DNA from: Dehalococcoidia bacterium
Lineage (GTDB): Bacteria > Chloroflexota > Dehalococcoidia > Lucifugimonadales > Australimonadaceae
Direction: 5' to 3'
Length of the DNA stretch: 64,000 nt
Assembly (NCBI GenBank): GCA_022820645.1
Contig: JAJEFD010000006.1
Location: forward strand, 79,537 to 143,536
Both the position numbers and the translations under genes were made by a program. This document shows, piece after piece, positions 51,878-60,896 of the stretch. Numbering within the stretch: the stretch's first letter is position 1; each line of letters starts with the position of its first letter. The notes under the pieces were generated by a model. It saw nothing but the letters and a program-made list of their open reading frames with translations, was not told the DNA's origin and did no database searches.

Positions 51878-51901
51878 CTCTTTCTCGTCGTTCCTGCCGC
51901 T

Positions 51902-52636
51902 TTACTTCAAGTGCGCCCCGAAGAACGCCAGCGTCTTCGGCCACGAGTCGGCGGATGCCGCCTCGTGGTAGCTGCCTCGCTCGGTGCAGAAGAAACCGTG
52001 GCCCGCGCCCTCGTAGACGTGGTTCTCTATCGACTTGCCCTTCTCCTTCAGCACCCGCTCGATCTCCTCGACGTTGGAGACCGGTATGCCGCCGTCCTCG
52101 GTGCCCCAGAAGCCGATGATAGGGGCCTGCACCGCGTCGGCGGTGGCGTCGAGCAGGCGCGGCGCGTCCGCCGGTGCGTCGGGGCGCGGCAGGATGCCGC
52201 CGCCGTAGTAGACCGCAGCCGCCTTGATGCCGCTCATCGTGGAACCGAGGTAGGAGACCATCCCGCCGAAGCAGAAGCCCACGATGCCGATGTTGTCTGC
52301 ATCCACGTCCGGGTTGCTGCGCAGGTAGTCGATCGTCGCCTGCACGTCCGCCGTGATGTCGTCGTTGCTCAGCTTGCCGCGCTCCGCGAACGCCGCCTGC
52401 ATCTCGGAGAACGGGATGTCGACGCCCTTGCCGGAGCGGTGGAACATCTCCGGCGCAGCCGCGAAGTAGCCCGCGTCGGCGAACCGGTCCGCGATGCTGC
52501 GAACGTCGTTGTTCACGCCGAAGATCTCCTGGATCACGATCACCGCCGCGCTCTTTCCGCCGCCGTCCGGGCGCGCCGTATAGATAGGCATCGGGCTGCC
52601 GCCCACATTCACTTCCGCAACGTCAGATGTTGCCAT
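51902..52636 (-). CDS. Dienelactone hydrolase (carboxymethylenebutenolidase) family protein
   Basis: AVIVIQEIFGVNN, Cys-nucleophile elbow GFCFGG, C-terminal GAGHGF. Confidence 0.8.
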   Translation of the reverse strand: MATSDVAEVNVGGSPMPIYTARPDGGGKSAAVIVIQEIFGVNNDVRSIADRFADAGYFAAAPEMFHRSGKGVDIPFSEMQAAFAERGKLSNDDITADVQATIDYLRSNPDVDADNIGIVGFCFGGMVSYLGSTMSGIKAAAVYYGGGILPRPDAPADAPRLLDATADAVQAPIIGFWGTEDGGIPVSNVEEIERVLKEKGKSIENHVYEGAGHGFFCTERGSYHEAASADSWPKTLAFFGAHLK

Positions 52637-52797
52637 GCTCTCCCTCCGTGTATATGTGATGAGCCGGCCGCGTCACCGGCCGCCGCCATCCTACACCAAC
52701 GCGCCCCGCCCTGCCGCCCGCCGGAGGTTAACGTGTGACACCGGCCTCTTACGCCTACCCCTAGCCGCCACGAGTCTGCCTGTGTGAGAATCGCACC

Positions 52798-54096
52798 ATG
52801 AGCAACACCAACCGCACCCCGGAAGAACAGGCCCTGATGACCAAAGCCGCCGCCGTCCTCCCCGGCGGCTCGCTCGGCAACCTGCGCCTCGATGAGGAGC
52901 ACGCGTTCGTCGTGCGCGAGGGCCACGGCTCCCGCGTCATCGATGTGAGCGGGAACGAGTACATCGACTACCTGCTCGGCTCCGGTCCCATGGTGCTGGG
53001 ACACGCCCACCCGAAGGTGATCGCCGCGGCCACCGAGGCGATGATGAAGGGCACGACCTTCTTCACCCAGAACGCCTACGCTATCGAACTCGCCGAGCGC
53101 ATCGTCGAGGCCATGCCGTGCGCCGAGCAGGTGCGGTTCGTCAGCAGCGGCTCCGAGGCCACCTACAACGCGCTCAAGGTCGCCCGCGCGTTCCGCAAGC
53201 GCGAGAAGATCCTGAAGTTCGAGGGCGGCTACCATGGCTCGCACGACTACTCCCTGATGAGCCTCGCTCCGTCCGGCAACACGCCCTTCCCGCAAGCCGA
53301 GCCCAGCTCCGCCGGCATCCCACGCGCCATCCAGGAGACCGTCCTCGTCGCGCCGTTCAACGACCTCAACGCCGTCGAGGACCTGCTCGACCGCTACCAC
53401 GACGAGCTCGCCGCGGTCATCGTCGAGCCGGTGCAGCGCACCATCGCGCCCCAGCCGGGCTTCCTGCCAGGGCTGCGCGAACTCACGAACCGCTACGGCG
53501 TCCTGCTGATCTACGACGAGGTCGTCACCGGCTTCCGCCTCGCCTACGGCGGAGCGCAGGAGTACTACAACGCCGTGCCGGACATCGCAGCCATCGGCAA
53601 GATCGTCGGGGGCGGCTTCCCGCTCGCGGCCATCGTGGGCAGGCGCGAGATCATGGAGTCGTACGACCAAGGCTCCGCCGCGCCGGATGTCTACGTCCCG
53701 CAAAGCGGCACGCTCAACGGCAACCCCGTCGCCGCAGCAGCCGGGCTCGCTACCCTCGAAGTGCTCCGTCAGCCCGGCACCTACGAGGCGTATCACGCCC
53801 GCGCCGCCACGCTCCGCAACACGCTCCAGCGGCTGTTCGACGAGGCGGAGATCCCGGCGCAGGTCAGCGGCATCGACATGATGTTCGACGTCTTCTTCAC
53901 CGAGCACCCCATCGTCGACTACCGGTCGACCCTCGTGGACAAGACGCTCAACCGCATCTTCGACAACACGCTGCTGGACAACGGCATCCTCAAATCACCC
54001 GGCAAGCTCTACGTGGGCGTTTGCCACTCGGACGAGGACATCGAGCGCACCATCGAGGTGTTCCGCATGGGCGTCGCCGCCGTCCGCGACGCGTGA
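52798..54096 (+). CDS. Class III aminotransferase, glutamate-1-semialdehyde 2,1-aminomutase-like
   Basis: LPGGS, IDYLLGSGPMVLGHAHP, VSSGSEATYNALKVARA, FEGGYHG, and the PLP-Lys block AIGKIVGGGFP. Confidence 0.8.
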   Translation: MSNTNRTPEEQALMTKAAAVLPGGSLGNLRLDEEHAFVVREGHGSRVIDVSGNEYIDYLLGSGPMVLGHAHPKVIAAATEAMMKGTTFFTQNAYAIELAERIVEAMPCAEQVRFVSSGSEATYNALKVARAFRKREKILKFEGGYHGSHDYSLMSLAPSGNTPFPQAEPSSAGIPRAIQETVLVAPFNDLNAVEDLLDRYHDELAAVIVEPVQRTIAPQPGFLPGLRELTNRYGVLLIYDEVVTGFRLAYGGAQEYYNAVPDIAAIGKIVGGGFPLAAIVGRREIMESYDQGSAAPDVYVPQSGTLNGNPVAAAAGLATLEVLRQPGTYEAYHARAATLRNTLQRLFDEAEIPAQVSGIDMMFDVFFTEHPIVDYRSTLVDKTLNRIFDNTLLDNGILKSPGKLYVGVCHSDEDIERTIEVFRMGVAAVRDA

Positions 54097-54692
54097 TGGT
54101 CGCAGCCACCCTTCGCCTCGTCCGCGAAGACGACGCCGAGCAGATAGCGGCTATCTACGCGCCTTACGCGAACGGCACCGCCGTCAGTTTCGCCGACCGC
54201 GCTCCGACCGCCGAGGAATACCGCGACCGCATCCGCACGACGACCGCACGCCTGCCGTGGATCGTGTGCGAACAGGATGGCATCGTGGCCGGTTACGCCT
54301 ACGCCAGCCCGCACAGGGCATCCCCGGCCTACAGATGGTCGGTCGAGGCGAGCATCTACGTCCATGCGGAGCATCAGCGCAGGGGCGTCGGCAGGGCGCT
54401 CTATGCCGCTTTGCTCGAGACGCTGCGCCTGCTCGGCTACCACCGCGCCTATGCGGGCGTCACCGACCCCAACCCCGCCAGCGTGGGGCTGCACGAGGCC
54501 GTCGGCTTCGAGCGGTTCGGCACGTTCGAGGATGTCGGCTACAAGCTCGGCGCGTGGCAGAGCGTCATCTGGCTCGTCTACCGGCTGGGCAACGACGACT
54601 ACCCGCCCACGGAGCCGCGCCTGCTCCTCGACCTGCTCGGCACGCCGGAGTGGGACGCCGCGCTCGGGGCCGGGCAGGCGCTGCTGAGCTAG
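54096..54692 (+). CDS. GNAT N-acetyltransferase (phosphinothricin/MSO acetyltransferase-like)
   Basis: VSFADRAPTAEEYRDRI...GIVAGYAYASPHR...HQRRGVGRALYAALLE...VGLHEAVGFERFG. TGATG overlap with the upstream gene. Confidence 0.7.
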   Translation: MVAATLRLVREDDAEQIAAIYAPYANGTAVSFADRAPTAEEYRDRIRTTTARLPWIVCEQDGIVAGYAYASPHRASPAYRWSVEASIYVHAEHQRRGVGRALYAALLETLRLLGYHRAYAGVTDPNPASVGLHEAVGFERFGTFEDVGYKLGAWQSVIWLVYRLGNDDYPPTEPRLLLDLLGTPEWDAALGAGQALLS

Positions 54693-54702
54693 CGCACGCT
54701 CT

Positions 54703-55626
54703 TTAGCGCGCGCCTGCGAAGAACAGCTCGTCGGCCGTGAAGCGGCGGCTGATGATGCCGAGATCGGCGGCGTACCGCACGATCGTCTCGATGGCGCGGC
54801 GGTTGTTCTCCAGCCCGTTCTCGTGCGGGAAGAGGCCGTGCTCGCGCAGCCAGCCCACCTTCAGCGCCATGTGCTCATCGTCGTCCGAGACGTTGGCGTA
54901 GTAAAGGCGGCGCGCTTCGTTGCAGGCGTCGACGACGGCCTGCCCGAGACCAGGGTTGGCGTCGAGCACATCGCTCTTCGCCACGAGCATGACGTTGACC
55001 GGAAAGACGCCGCTCTGCCGGTGGTAGGTGAGCGCCGCGTCGAGCGGGTCCTCGAACAGCCGGGCGCGATTGCCGTCCAGCGGAGGGCCTCCGCGGTCGA
55101 ACAACACGGCGTCCAGCTCGCCGCTTTCCAATTCCGCGACCTGGTCGCCGCCCTTCGCTATGCTGAAACGCGGGTCGCGGGGGTAGTCGACGCTCATCAG
55201 CGAGTTCGGCTCCGCCTCCACCCACTGCACCTTCGTCAGGTCGAGGCCGTACACGTCCGCGAGCGCGCCGCGCATCCACGTGCCGGGGTTGAACCCCCAG
55301 CCGCGCACGCCCACACGTTTGCCCTCGAGGTCCTTCGGCCCGCGGATGCCAGCGTTCACGTTCACCTGCGCCCCGACGTGTGCGAACGACACGTCCGGGA
55401 AGACAGGGATGCCCATCACCGGACACCCGATGTCCCGCGCGATGAGGTAGTTGGTGATGGGCACCACCATGATGTCGTAGGGCGGCTCGGTGAACAGCTT
55501 GCCGTAGACCGAGCCCGAGCCTCCCTCCGGCCAGTCGGTCTCAACGTCGAAGCCCTCCACCTTCACCGTGCCGTTCGCCAGGTACTCGGCGGCGTACTCG
55601 TGGTCCGCCATCAGCGTTATCGCCAT
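54703..55626 (-). CDS. Second 4,5-dihydroxyphthalate-decarboxylase-like / NMT1-type PBP-fold protein (no signal peptide)
   Basis: GIPVFPDVSFAH...DLEGKRVGVRGWGFNPGTWMRGALADVYGL parallels the 24013..25005 protein. More divergent. Confidence 0.5.
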   Translation of the reverse strand: MAITLMADHEYAAEYLANGTVKVEGFDVETDWPEGGSGSVYGKLFTEPPYDIMVVPITNYLIARDIGCPVMGIPVFPDVSFAHVGAQVNVNAGIRGPKDLEGKRVGVRGWGFNPGTWMRGALADVYGLDLTKVQWVEAEPNSLMSVDYPRDPRFSIAKGGDQVAELESGELDAVLFDRGGPPLDGNRARLFEDPLDAALTYHRQSGVFPVNVMLVAKSDVLDANPGLGQAVVDACNEARRLYYANVSDDDEHMALKVGWLREHGLFPHENGLENNRRAIETIVRYAADLGIISRRFTADELFFAGAR

Positions 55627-55632
55627 ATCGTC

Positions 55633-57282
55633 TTACTCCGGGATGGGGTAGCCGTCTGAGCGGCGGTCGGTGCCGCCGGTGTGGACGCCCCGTTCGTGGT
55701 CTATGCCTATGAGCTGTACCGCGCCGGGCGTGCCGACGCTGGGATAGGTCCTGATCTTGTGGCCCTTCGCCTCCAACGCCCGCAGCGTCTCCTCCGGGAA
55801 ACCGTCCTCGAGGCGGAGCACCATCTCCTCGTCTATCGTGCGCGGGTCGGTGCCGGGGAAGTGCGTCCAGCGCGGTGCGTCGGCCGCTTCCTGCACGTTC
55901 ATCCCGTGGTCGATCACGTTGGACACCGCCTGCGCGTTCCACTGCGGCTGGTTGTCGCCGCCCGGCGTCCCGCCGACGAGCACAGGCTTGTCGTCCTTGA
56001 ACACCATGTAGGCGTGGATCGTGTTGATCGTCTTCTTGCCGGGGGCGATGACGTTCACGTGGCCCTCGTCCAGGTAGAAGCCGCGTCCCGCACGGTCGTT
56101 GAAAAGGATGCCGGTATCTCCGGCCACGAAGCCGCTGCCCCAGTACGCCGAGAGGCTGTGGATGAACGAGACCGCGTTCCCTTCCTTGTCGATGACGTTG
56201 AAGTACGACGTGCTCGGCGTGGGCGCGGCGGAGTGCGCGAGTTCGCCCGCTGGCACGATGCCCTCGGCGGCGCGCTCCGGGTCGATGCTCTTGATGCGCT
56301 GGGCGGCGTACTCCGGCGACAGCAGTTCGTCCAGCGGCACGTCGATGAACTCCGGGTCGCCGACATACGCGAGACGGTCGGCGAACGCCAGCCGCTTCGC
56401 CTCGACCATCGTGTGGACGCTCTCGATAGTGTTGTGGCCCATCGCCGCGAGGTCGAAGCCGTCCAGCAGGCTCAGCAGCTCCAGCGTGAGCATGCCCTGC
56501 GAGGGCAGACCGGTCGCGTAGACCGTGTGGCCGTGGAAGCGCGCGGAGGGCGGGTTCTCGTAGACCAGCGTCTCCTGCCCGGCGAGGTCGGCTTCATCGA
56601 TGAGGCCGCCACCGTCCTCCATCGCCTGCGCTATCTGCCTGGCGATCGTGCCGAGGTAGAACTCGTCCGGCCCGTGCTCCGCGATGCGCCGCAGCGACCG
56701 CGCAAGGTTCGGCTGAGCGAATACGTCGCCCACCTGGTACGCGGAGCCGTCAGGCTTGATGTACGTCTTCGCGGTCGACTCGTACTTGGCGATCTTGTCG
56801 TAGTGGTCGCTGAAGTAGCTGGCGGAGCGCGGCGGCAGCGAGAAACCCTCGGACGCGAGGCTGATGGCCGGGTCGATGAGCGATGCCAACGAGCGCGTCC
56901 CGAACCGGTCGACGATCGTCTGCCATGCGCGCACCTCGCCGGGAACGGCGGGCGTCAGCGGGCCGTCGGCCGGCATCTTCACGTAACCCAGGTCAGTGAA
57001 GTATTCCCGCCGCGCGCGCATCGGCGCCTTGCCGGAGCCGGAGACGCCGTAGAGCGTACCGGACGCGGCGTGGTAGAGGAGGGCGAACACCTCGCCACCG
57101 ATGCCGCACATCATGGGCAGCGTCACGGCTTCCGCCGCCGCGACGGCGACTGCAGCGTCGAACGCGTTCCCTCCCTCGCGCATCACATGCGCTCCCACAG
57201 CGCCTGCCAGCGGCGAGGCGGAGCCGACCAGTCCACGCGTCGTGTATACGGGGCTATGCGACCTGTTGATGACGCTGCTCAC
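55633..57282 (-). CDS. ggt: Gamma-glutamyltranspeptidase-family Ntn hydrolase, apparently without a signal peptide
   Basis: ASPLAGAVGAHVMREGGNAFDAAVA, MCGIGGEVFALLY, a catalytic-Thr region PSTSYFNVIDKEGNAV, and GGTPGGDNQPQ. GTG start (MSSVINRSHSP). The upstream 440 codons of the track ORF are antisense to cupin 2. Confidence 0.8.
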   Translation of the reverse strand: MSSVINRSHSPVYTTRGLVGSASPLAGAVGAHVMREGGNAFDAAVAVAAAEAVTLPMMCGIGGEVFALLYHAASGTLYGVSGSGKAPMRARREYFTDLGYVKMPADGPLTPAVPGEVRAWQTIVDRFGTRSLASLIDPAISLASEGFSLPPRSASYFSDHYDKIAKYESTAKTYIKPDGSAYQVGDVFAQPNLARSLRRIAEHGPDEFYLGTIARQIAQAMEDGGGLIDEADLAGQETLVYENPPSARFHGHTVYATGLPSQGMLTLELLSLLDGFDLAAMGHNTIESVHTMVEAKRLAFADRLAYVGDPEFIDVPLDELLSPEYAAQRIKSIDPERAAEGIVPAGELAHSAAPTPSTSYFNVIDKEGNAVSFIHSLSAYWGSGFVAGDTGILFNDRAGRGFYLDEGHVNVIAPGKKTINTIHAYMVFKDDKPVLVGGTPGGDNQPQWNAQAVSNVIDHGMNVQEAADAPRWTHFPGTDPRTIDEEMVLRLEDGFPEETLRALEAKGHKIRTYPSVGTPGAVQLIGIDHERGVHTGGTDRRSDGYPIPE

Positions 57283-57393
57283 GATGACACACCTCTCTCG
57301 CACGAGTATCCGGGCAGCGGCATGATATGCTCCGCATCTGCCACCGGCAAACCTACCGCGCTCTGGCGCGCCACAGAAACAGGGAGGAACACC

Positions 57394-58485
57394 ATGGCCG
57401 AGGACTTCACCTATGACCGCTGGATGAACAGCCAGGGGATACCTGTACACCGCGGCTACTACATCGAGGATCTGCGCAACATCGAACTCGGCCATTGGGG
57501 CCTGCGCGATTGCGACGCCGCCTTCATCCAACTGGAGGGGATGCCCGGCGTTGTGGAGGGGCGCGTGCAGGAAGTGCCACCCGGAGGTTCCATCAAGCCG
57601 TTCAAGCAAGCGATAGACGAGATGGTCTACGTCGCCAGCGGACAGGGCACGGCGTCCGTCTGGAGCGGCGACGGCGAGCCGCACACGTTCGAGTGGTCGC
57701 CGCGCAGCCTCTTCCTCATCCCGCGCAACTCGTGGGCGCAGTTCAACAACATGCAGGGCGACAGGCCCGCGCGCCTGCTGCACTACAACTACCTCCCCAT
57801 CGCAATGTCCGCCATCCCTAACCCGGACTTCTTCTTCAATAACCCCTTTGAGGAAGACGTGCTCAGTGGGGAGGACTTCTACTCCGAGGCCGAGGCGACG
57901 ACCCAGGAGCACGTAGCCGAGGGCGCCGCGGGGCGCACGCTCTGGCTCGGCAACTTCTTCCCGGACATGGGCGTCTGGGACAAGCTGATGCACCGTCCCG
58001 GACGCGGCTCCCTGAACCGCTCCGTCTACATGCGCATACCAGGCTCGGAGCTGCGCGCGCACATGTCCGTCTTCCCAGCGGGGACGTACAAGAAAGGACA
58101 CCGCCACGGACCGGGACGCGTCATCGTCATTCCCGGCGGCGAGGGCTTCTCCATCATGTGGCAGGAGGGCCAGGAGAAGATCGTCATCCACTGGCACGAG
58201 GCGAGCTGCTTCGTGCCGCCGGACCGCTGGTTCCACCAGCACTTCAACCTCGGCGCCGCTCCCGGACGCTACCTCGCACTCCATCCGCCGAACCAGTTCA
58301 TGGGCATGTCCGAGTCGGTGCAAGACCTCTCGCGCGACCAAATTGAGTATCCCGACGAAGACCCGTGGATACGCGAGTATTTCGAGAGCCAGCTCGCCGA
58401 GCGGGGCATCGAGTCCCAGATGCCGGACGAGGCGTACCGCGACCGCAACTACCGCTGGGACTACACCGGCGTCAAGGAGAACTAG
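57394..58485 (+). CDS. Bicupin protein, paralogue of 48767..49867 - cupin 2
   Basis: MAEDFTYDRWMNSQGIPVHRGYYIEDL...YKKGHRHGPGRVIVIPGGEGFS...CFVPPDRWFHQHFNLG. RBS AGGGAGG. Start reassigned inside the track ORF 55681..58485. Confidence 0.75.
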   Translation: MAEDFTYDRWMNSQGIPVHRGYYIEDLRNIELGHWGLRDCDAAFIQLEGMPGVVEGRVQEVPPGGSIKPFKQAIDEMVYVASGQGTASVWSGDGEPHTFEWSPRSLFLIPRNSWAQFNNMQGDRPARLLHYNYLPIAMSAIPNPDFFFNNPFEEDVLSGEDFYSEAEATTQEHVAEGAAGRTLWLGNFFPDMGVWDKLMHRPGRGSLNRSVYMRIPGSELRAHMSVFPAGTYKKGHRHGPGRVIVIPGGEGFSIMWQEGQEKIVIHWHEASCFVPPDRWFHQHFNLGAAPGRYLALHPPNQFMGMSESVQDLSRDQIEYPDEDPWIREYFESQLAERGIESQMPDEAYRDRNYRWDYTGVKEN

Positions 58486-58534
58486 CGCCTCCCGCCCACC
58501 GCATAGACACCAGCCGAAAGGAAGACCAGCCCTC

Positions 58535-60097
58535 ATGCACGACGAGCCCTGGGCGCACGTCCACGATCCCGACGAAGAGCGCCTCGCCAAACTCACCATC
58601 GAACTGAACAACCCCGACCACGACTACTACCACTACGAGGTCATCGAACTCACGACGGTCGGCATCGACATCGGCTCCTCCACGTCGCACCTCATGTTCT
58701 CGAGCATCACGCTCCAGCGCGTGCAGGAGATGCACTCCAGCCGGTACGTCGTCGTGGACAGGCAGACGCTCTACAAGTCGCCCATCCTGCTCACCCCGTA
58801 CACGCATGACAACCTCATCAACACGGAGCAATTGCAACGGTTCGTCGCCGAGTCGTACGCGGAGGCAGGCTTCGAGCCGCAGGACGTCGACAGCGGCGCG
58901 ATCATCCTCACGGGCGAGGCGATCAAGCGGCGTAACGCCCACGCGATAGCCGACATCTTCGCCGACCAGGCGGGCAAGTTCGTCTGCGCCTCCGCGGGCC
59001 ACAACCTGGAGTCCGTGCTCGCAGCCAACGGGTCGGGCTCGGTGAAGCTGTCGCGCAACCCGCGCCAGACCGTACTGAACGTTGACATCGGCGGCGGCAC
59101 GACGAAGTTCGCGCTCGTCCACGGCGGACGCATCCAGCACACCGCTGCCCTCAACGTTGGCGGACGGCTAGTCGCCACGGACGACGACGGCAGGGTCACA
59201 CGCATCGAGGACGCGGCGCACACCGCCGCCGACAGCATCGCCGTGCCGCTCGCGCTCGGCGAACACCTGCCGGACGAGCACCGCACCGCCATCGCGGACG
59301 CGCTTGCGGAGTGCCTGTTGGACGTGATCCAGGGCCGCCCGCGCTCCGAGCTGACAGAGGCGCTGCTGCTGACCGCAGACATCCCGCTCGATGCCACCTT
59401 CGACGCGCTCGTCTTCTCCGGCGGCGTCTCCGAGTACGTCTACAACAACGAGACGCAGGAATTCGGCGACCTCGCGGTCGCACTCGCGGCCGCCGTCCGG
59501 CGCAAGATGGCGGAGCACGCGCTGCCCGCGCCGGTGCAGCCCGCAGCGGAGCGCATCCGCGCCACGGTCATCGGGGCGTCGCAGTTCACTGTGCAGTTGA
59601 GCGGGAACACGCTCTCCATATCGGACCCGTCGCTCCTCCCCTACCGGAACGTGCCTGTGCTCATCTCGCGGCTGCCGGAGGACCACGAGGTGCAGCCGGA
59701 GGAGGTCGCCGCGCTCGTTGGAGAAGCGTTCGAGCGGCAGGACCTCGTGGAGGGTGAGCAGCAGGTGGCGCTCGCGTTCGAGTGGGACGGCCTGCCGCGC
59801 TACGCGCAGATACGCAAGATAGCGGACGGCATCGCGTCGGCGGTGCCGCGCTCGCTGGCGAACGGCGCACCGCTCATGCTCGTCTTCACCGGCGACTTCG
59901 CCAAACTGGTGGGCGACACCATCACGAAGGACATGGGCATCCCGAACCCGGTCATCTCCATCGACAACCTCTTCCTGCAGGAGTTCGATTTCATCGATAT
60001 CGGGGAGATGATCTACCCGGCGCGGGTCGTGCCGGTAGTCGTGAAGTCGCTGCTCTTCCCGGAGATCGAGAAGCAGACCGCCGAAGTGCTGGACTGA
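58535..60097 (+). CDS. EutA-family ASKHA ATPase with a His/Asp-rich N-terminal tail - EutA-like 2
   Basis: VGIDIGSSTSH, VDSGAIILTGEAIKRRNA, VCASAGHNLESVLAANGSGS, VLNVDIGGGTTK, LNVGGRLVATDDDGRV, VFSGGVSEYVY, IRATVIGASQFTVQLSGNTL, VVPVVVKSLLFP. Start at MHDEPWAHVHD. Confidence 0.8.
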   Translation: MHDEPWAHVHDPDEERLAKLTIELNNPDHDYYHYEVIELTTVGIDIGSSTSHLMFSSITLQRVQEMHSSRYVVVDRQTLYKSPILLTPYTHDNLINTEQLQRFVAESYAEAGFEPQDVDSGAIILTGEAIKRRNAHAIADIFADQAGKFVCASAGHNLESVLAANGSGSVKLSRNPRQTVLNVDIGGGTTKFALVHGGRIQHTAALNVGGRLVATDDDGRVTRIEDAAHTAADSIAVPLALGEHLPDEHRTAIADALAECLLDVIQGRPRSELTEALLLTADIPLDATFDALVFSGGVSEYVYNNETQEFGDLAVALAAAVRRKMAEHALPAPVQPAAERIRATVIGASQFTVQLSGNTLSISDPSLLPYRNVPVLISRLPEDHEVQPEEVAALVGEAFERQDLVEGEQQVALAFEWDGLPRYAQIRKIADGIASAVPRSLANGAPLMLVFTGDFAKLVGDTITKDMGIPNPVISIDNLFLQEFDFIDIGEMIYPARVVPVVVKSLLFPEIEKQTAEVLD

Positions 60098-60136
60098 CGC
60101 CTCGACGATAGGGGGCGAGCCCACCCGTCCTGACGC

Positions 60137-60598
60137 TCAGTCTTCGTCGTTCGATAGCGAGGCTTGTCCGGCTATCTCGGGACGGCGGAGCCGCCGATAG
60201 AGCGGTGACGTGAACCAAAGCCACAGCAGGGCGAATATGCCCAGCGCTATGCCGCCCCAGAAGAGCGCTGCCGCCAACTGCCCTCCCGGCGTCGGCCCCC
60301 TCCAGGTGCGCGACGGCTCAGCAGAGTCGAACGTGACCAGGACCTCATCGCCGTTCACGTAGTAGCCGATACATTCATCCGTGAGTCGTGAGAAGTTCTT
60401 GCACTCGGTCCACGCGGAGATCGTTACGGTCTGGCCTGCCTGCGTCGTATACGTCAGGCGGCTGTCTTCGTAGACCGCGACAGCCTGCTCCGTGCGGTCT
60501 GCCAGTTCTGCCACCTCGCCTAACAAGATCCACCCCGCGAAGATTGCTATCGCGGCCACGACGAGGCCGACGAAGGATATCCGCATGTTGATCTTCAT
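60137..60598 (-). CDS. Membrane protein, TM-beta domain-TM architecture (DUF3592-like?)
   Basis: N-terminal TM (ISFVGLVVAAIAIFAGWILLG), a soluble ~80-aa segment (YVNGDEVLVTFDSAEPSRTW), and a C-terminal TM (LFWGGIALGIFALLWLWF). Lower GC. Confidence 0.4.
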   Translation of the reverse strand: MKINMRISFVGLVVAAIAIFAGWILLGEVAELADRTEQAVAVYEDSRLTYTTQAGQTVTISAWTECKNFSRLTDECIGYYVNGDEVLVTFDSAEPSRTWRGPTPGGQLAAALFWGGIALGIFALLWLWFTSPLYRRLRRPEIAGQASLSNDED

Positions 60599-60610
60599 GT
60601 CAGGGCGTGG

Positions 60611-60868
60611 TCACCCCGGGAAACGGTTCTCTCCGGAAGCCACCCACCTGGGTGCGAGCCACCGGAGCAGCAGGAACAGTCCCACGTACACGATGATGAT
60701 GGTGACGCCCACGATAGCGTAGCCAACCGGTCCCATCTCGCCGCCCACCAGCGGCTTGAGCACCTCAATGAGGAAATAGACCCCTATGAGCGCCACGGCG
60801 GCCGCGCCCAGCGCACCGACCGTGTTCCACACAGCCCGGGCCCTCGTTCCGTTCCCATCATTCTGCAC
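60611..60868 (-). CDS. Small 2-TM membrane protein
   Basis: 85 aa. TM segments VGALGAAAVALIGVYFLI and YAIVGVTIIIVYVGLFLLL. Confidence 0.4.
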   Translation of the reverse strand: MQNDGNGTRARAVWNTVGALGAAAVALIGVYFLIEVLKPLVGGEMGPVGYAIVGVTIIIVYVGLFLLLRWLAPRWVASGENRFPG

Positions 60869-60896
60869 GCCTGGGCTCCTTTCCCCTGATGCGCTT

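Noticed and set aside
57283-58611. Upstream 443 codons of ORF 55633..58611 (-), and upstream 571 codons of ORF 55681..58485 (+).
   Set aside because: Each is antisense to a well-supported gene (cupin 2 and GGT respectively). Homology-supported starts are at 57282 (GGT, GTG) and 57394 (cupin 2, ATG with RBS).
47425-60097. Search for eutB/eutC, pdu/diol dehydratase, glutamate mutase, B12-binding (DxHxxG) or microcompartment genes near the EutA homologues.
   Set aside because: None was found by eye in any frame of the window. This absence is used as evidence in the findings, but it needs HMM confirmation and inspection of the flanking sequence beyond 64 kb.
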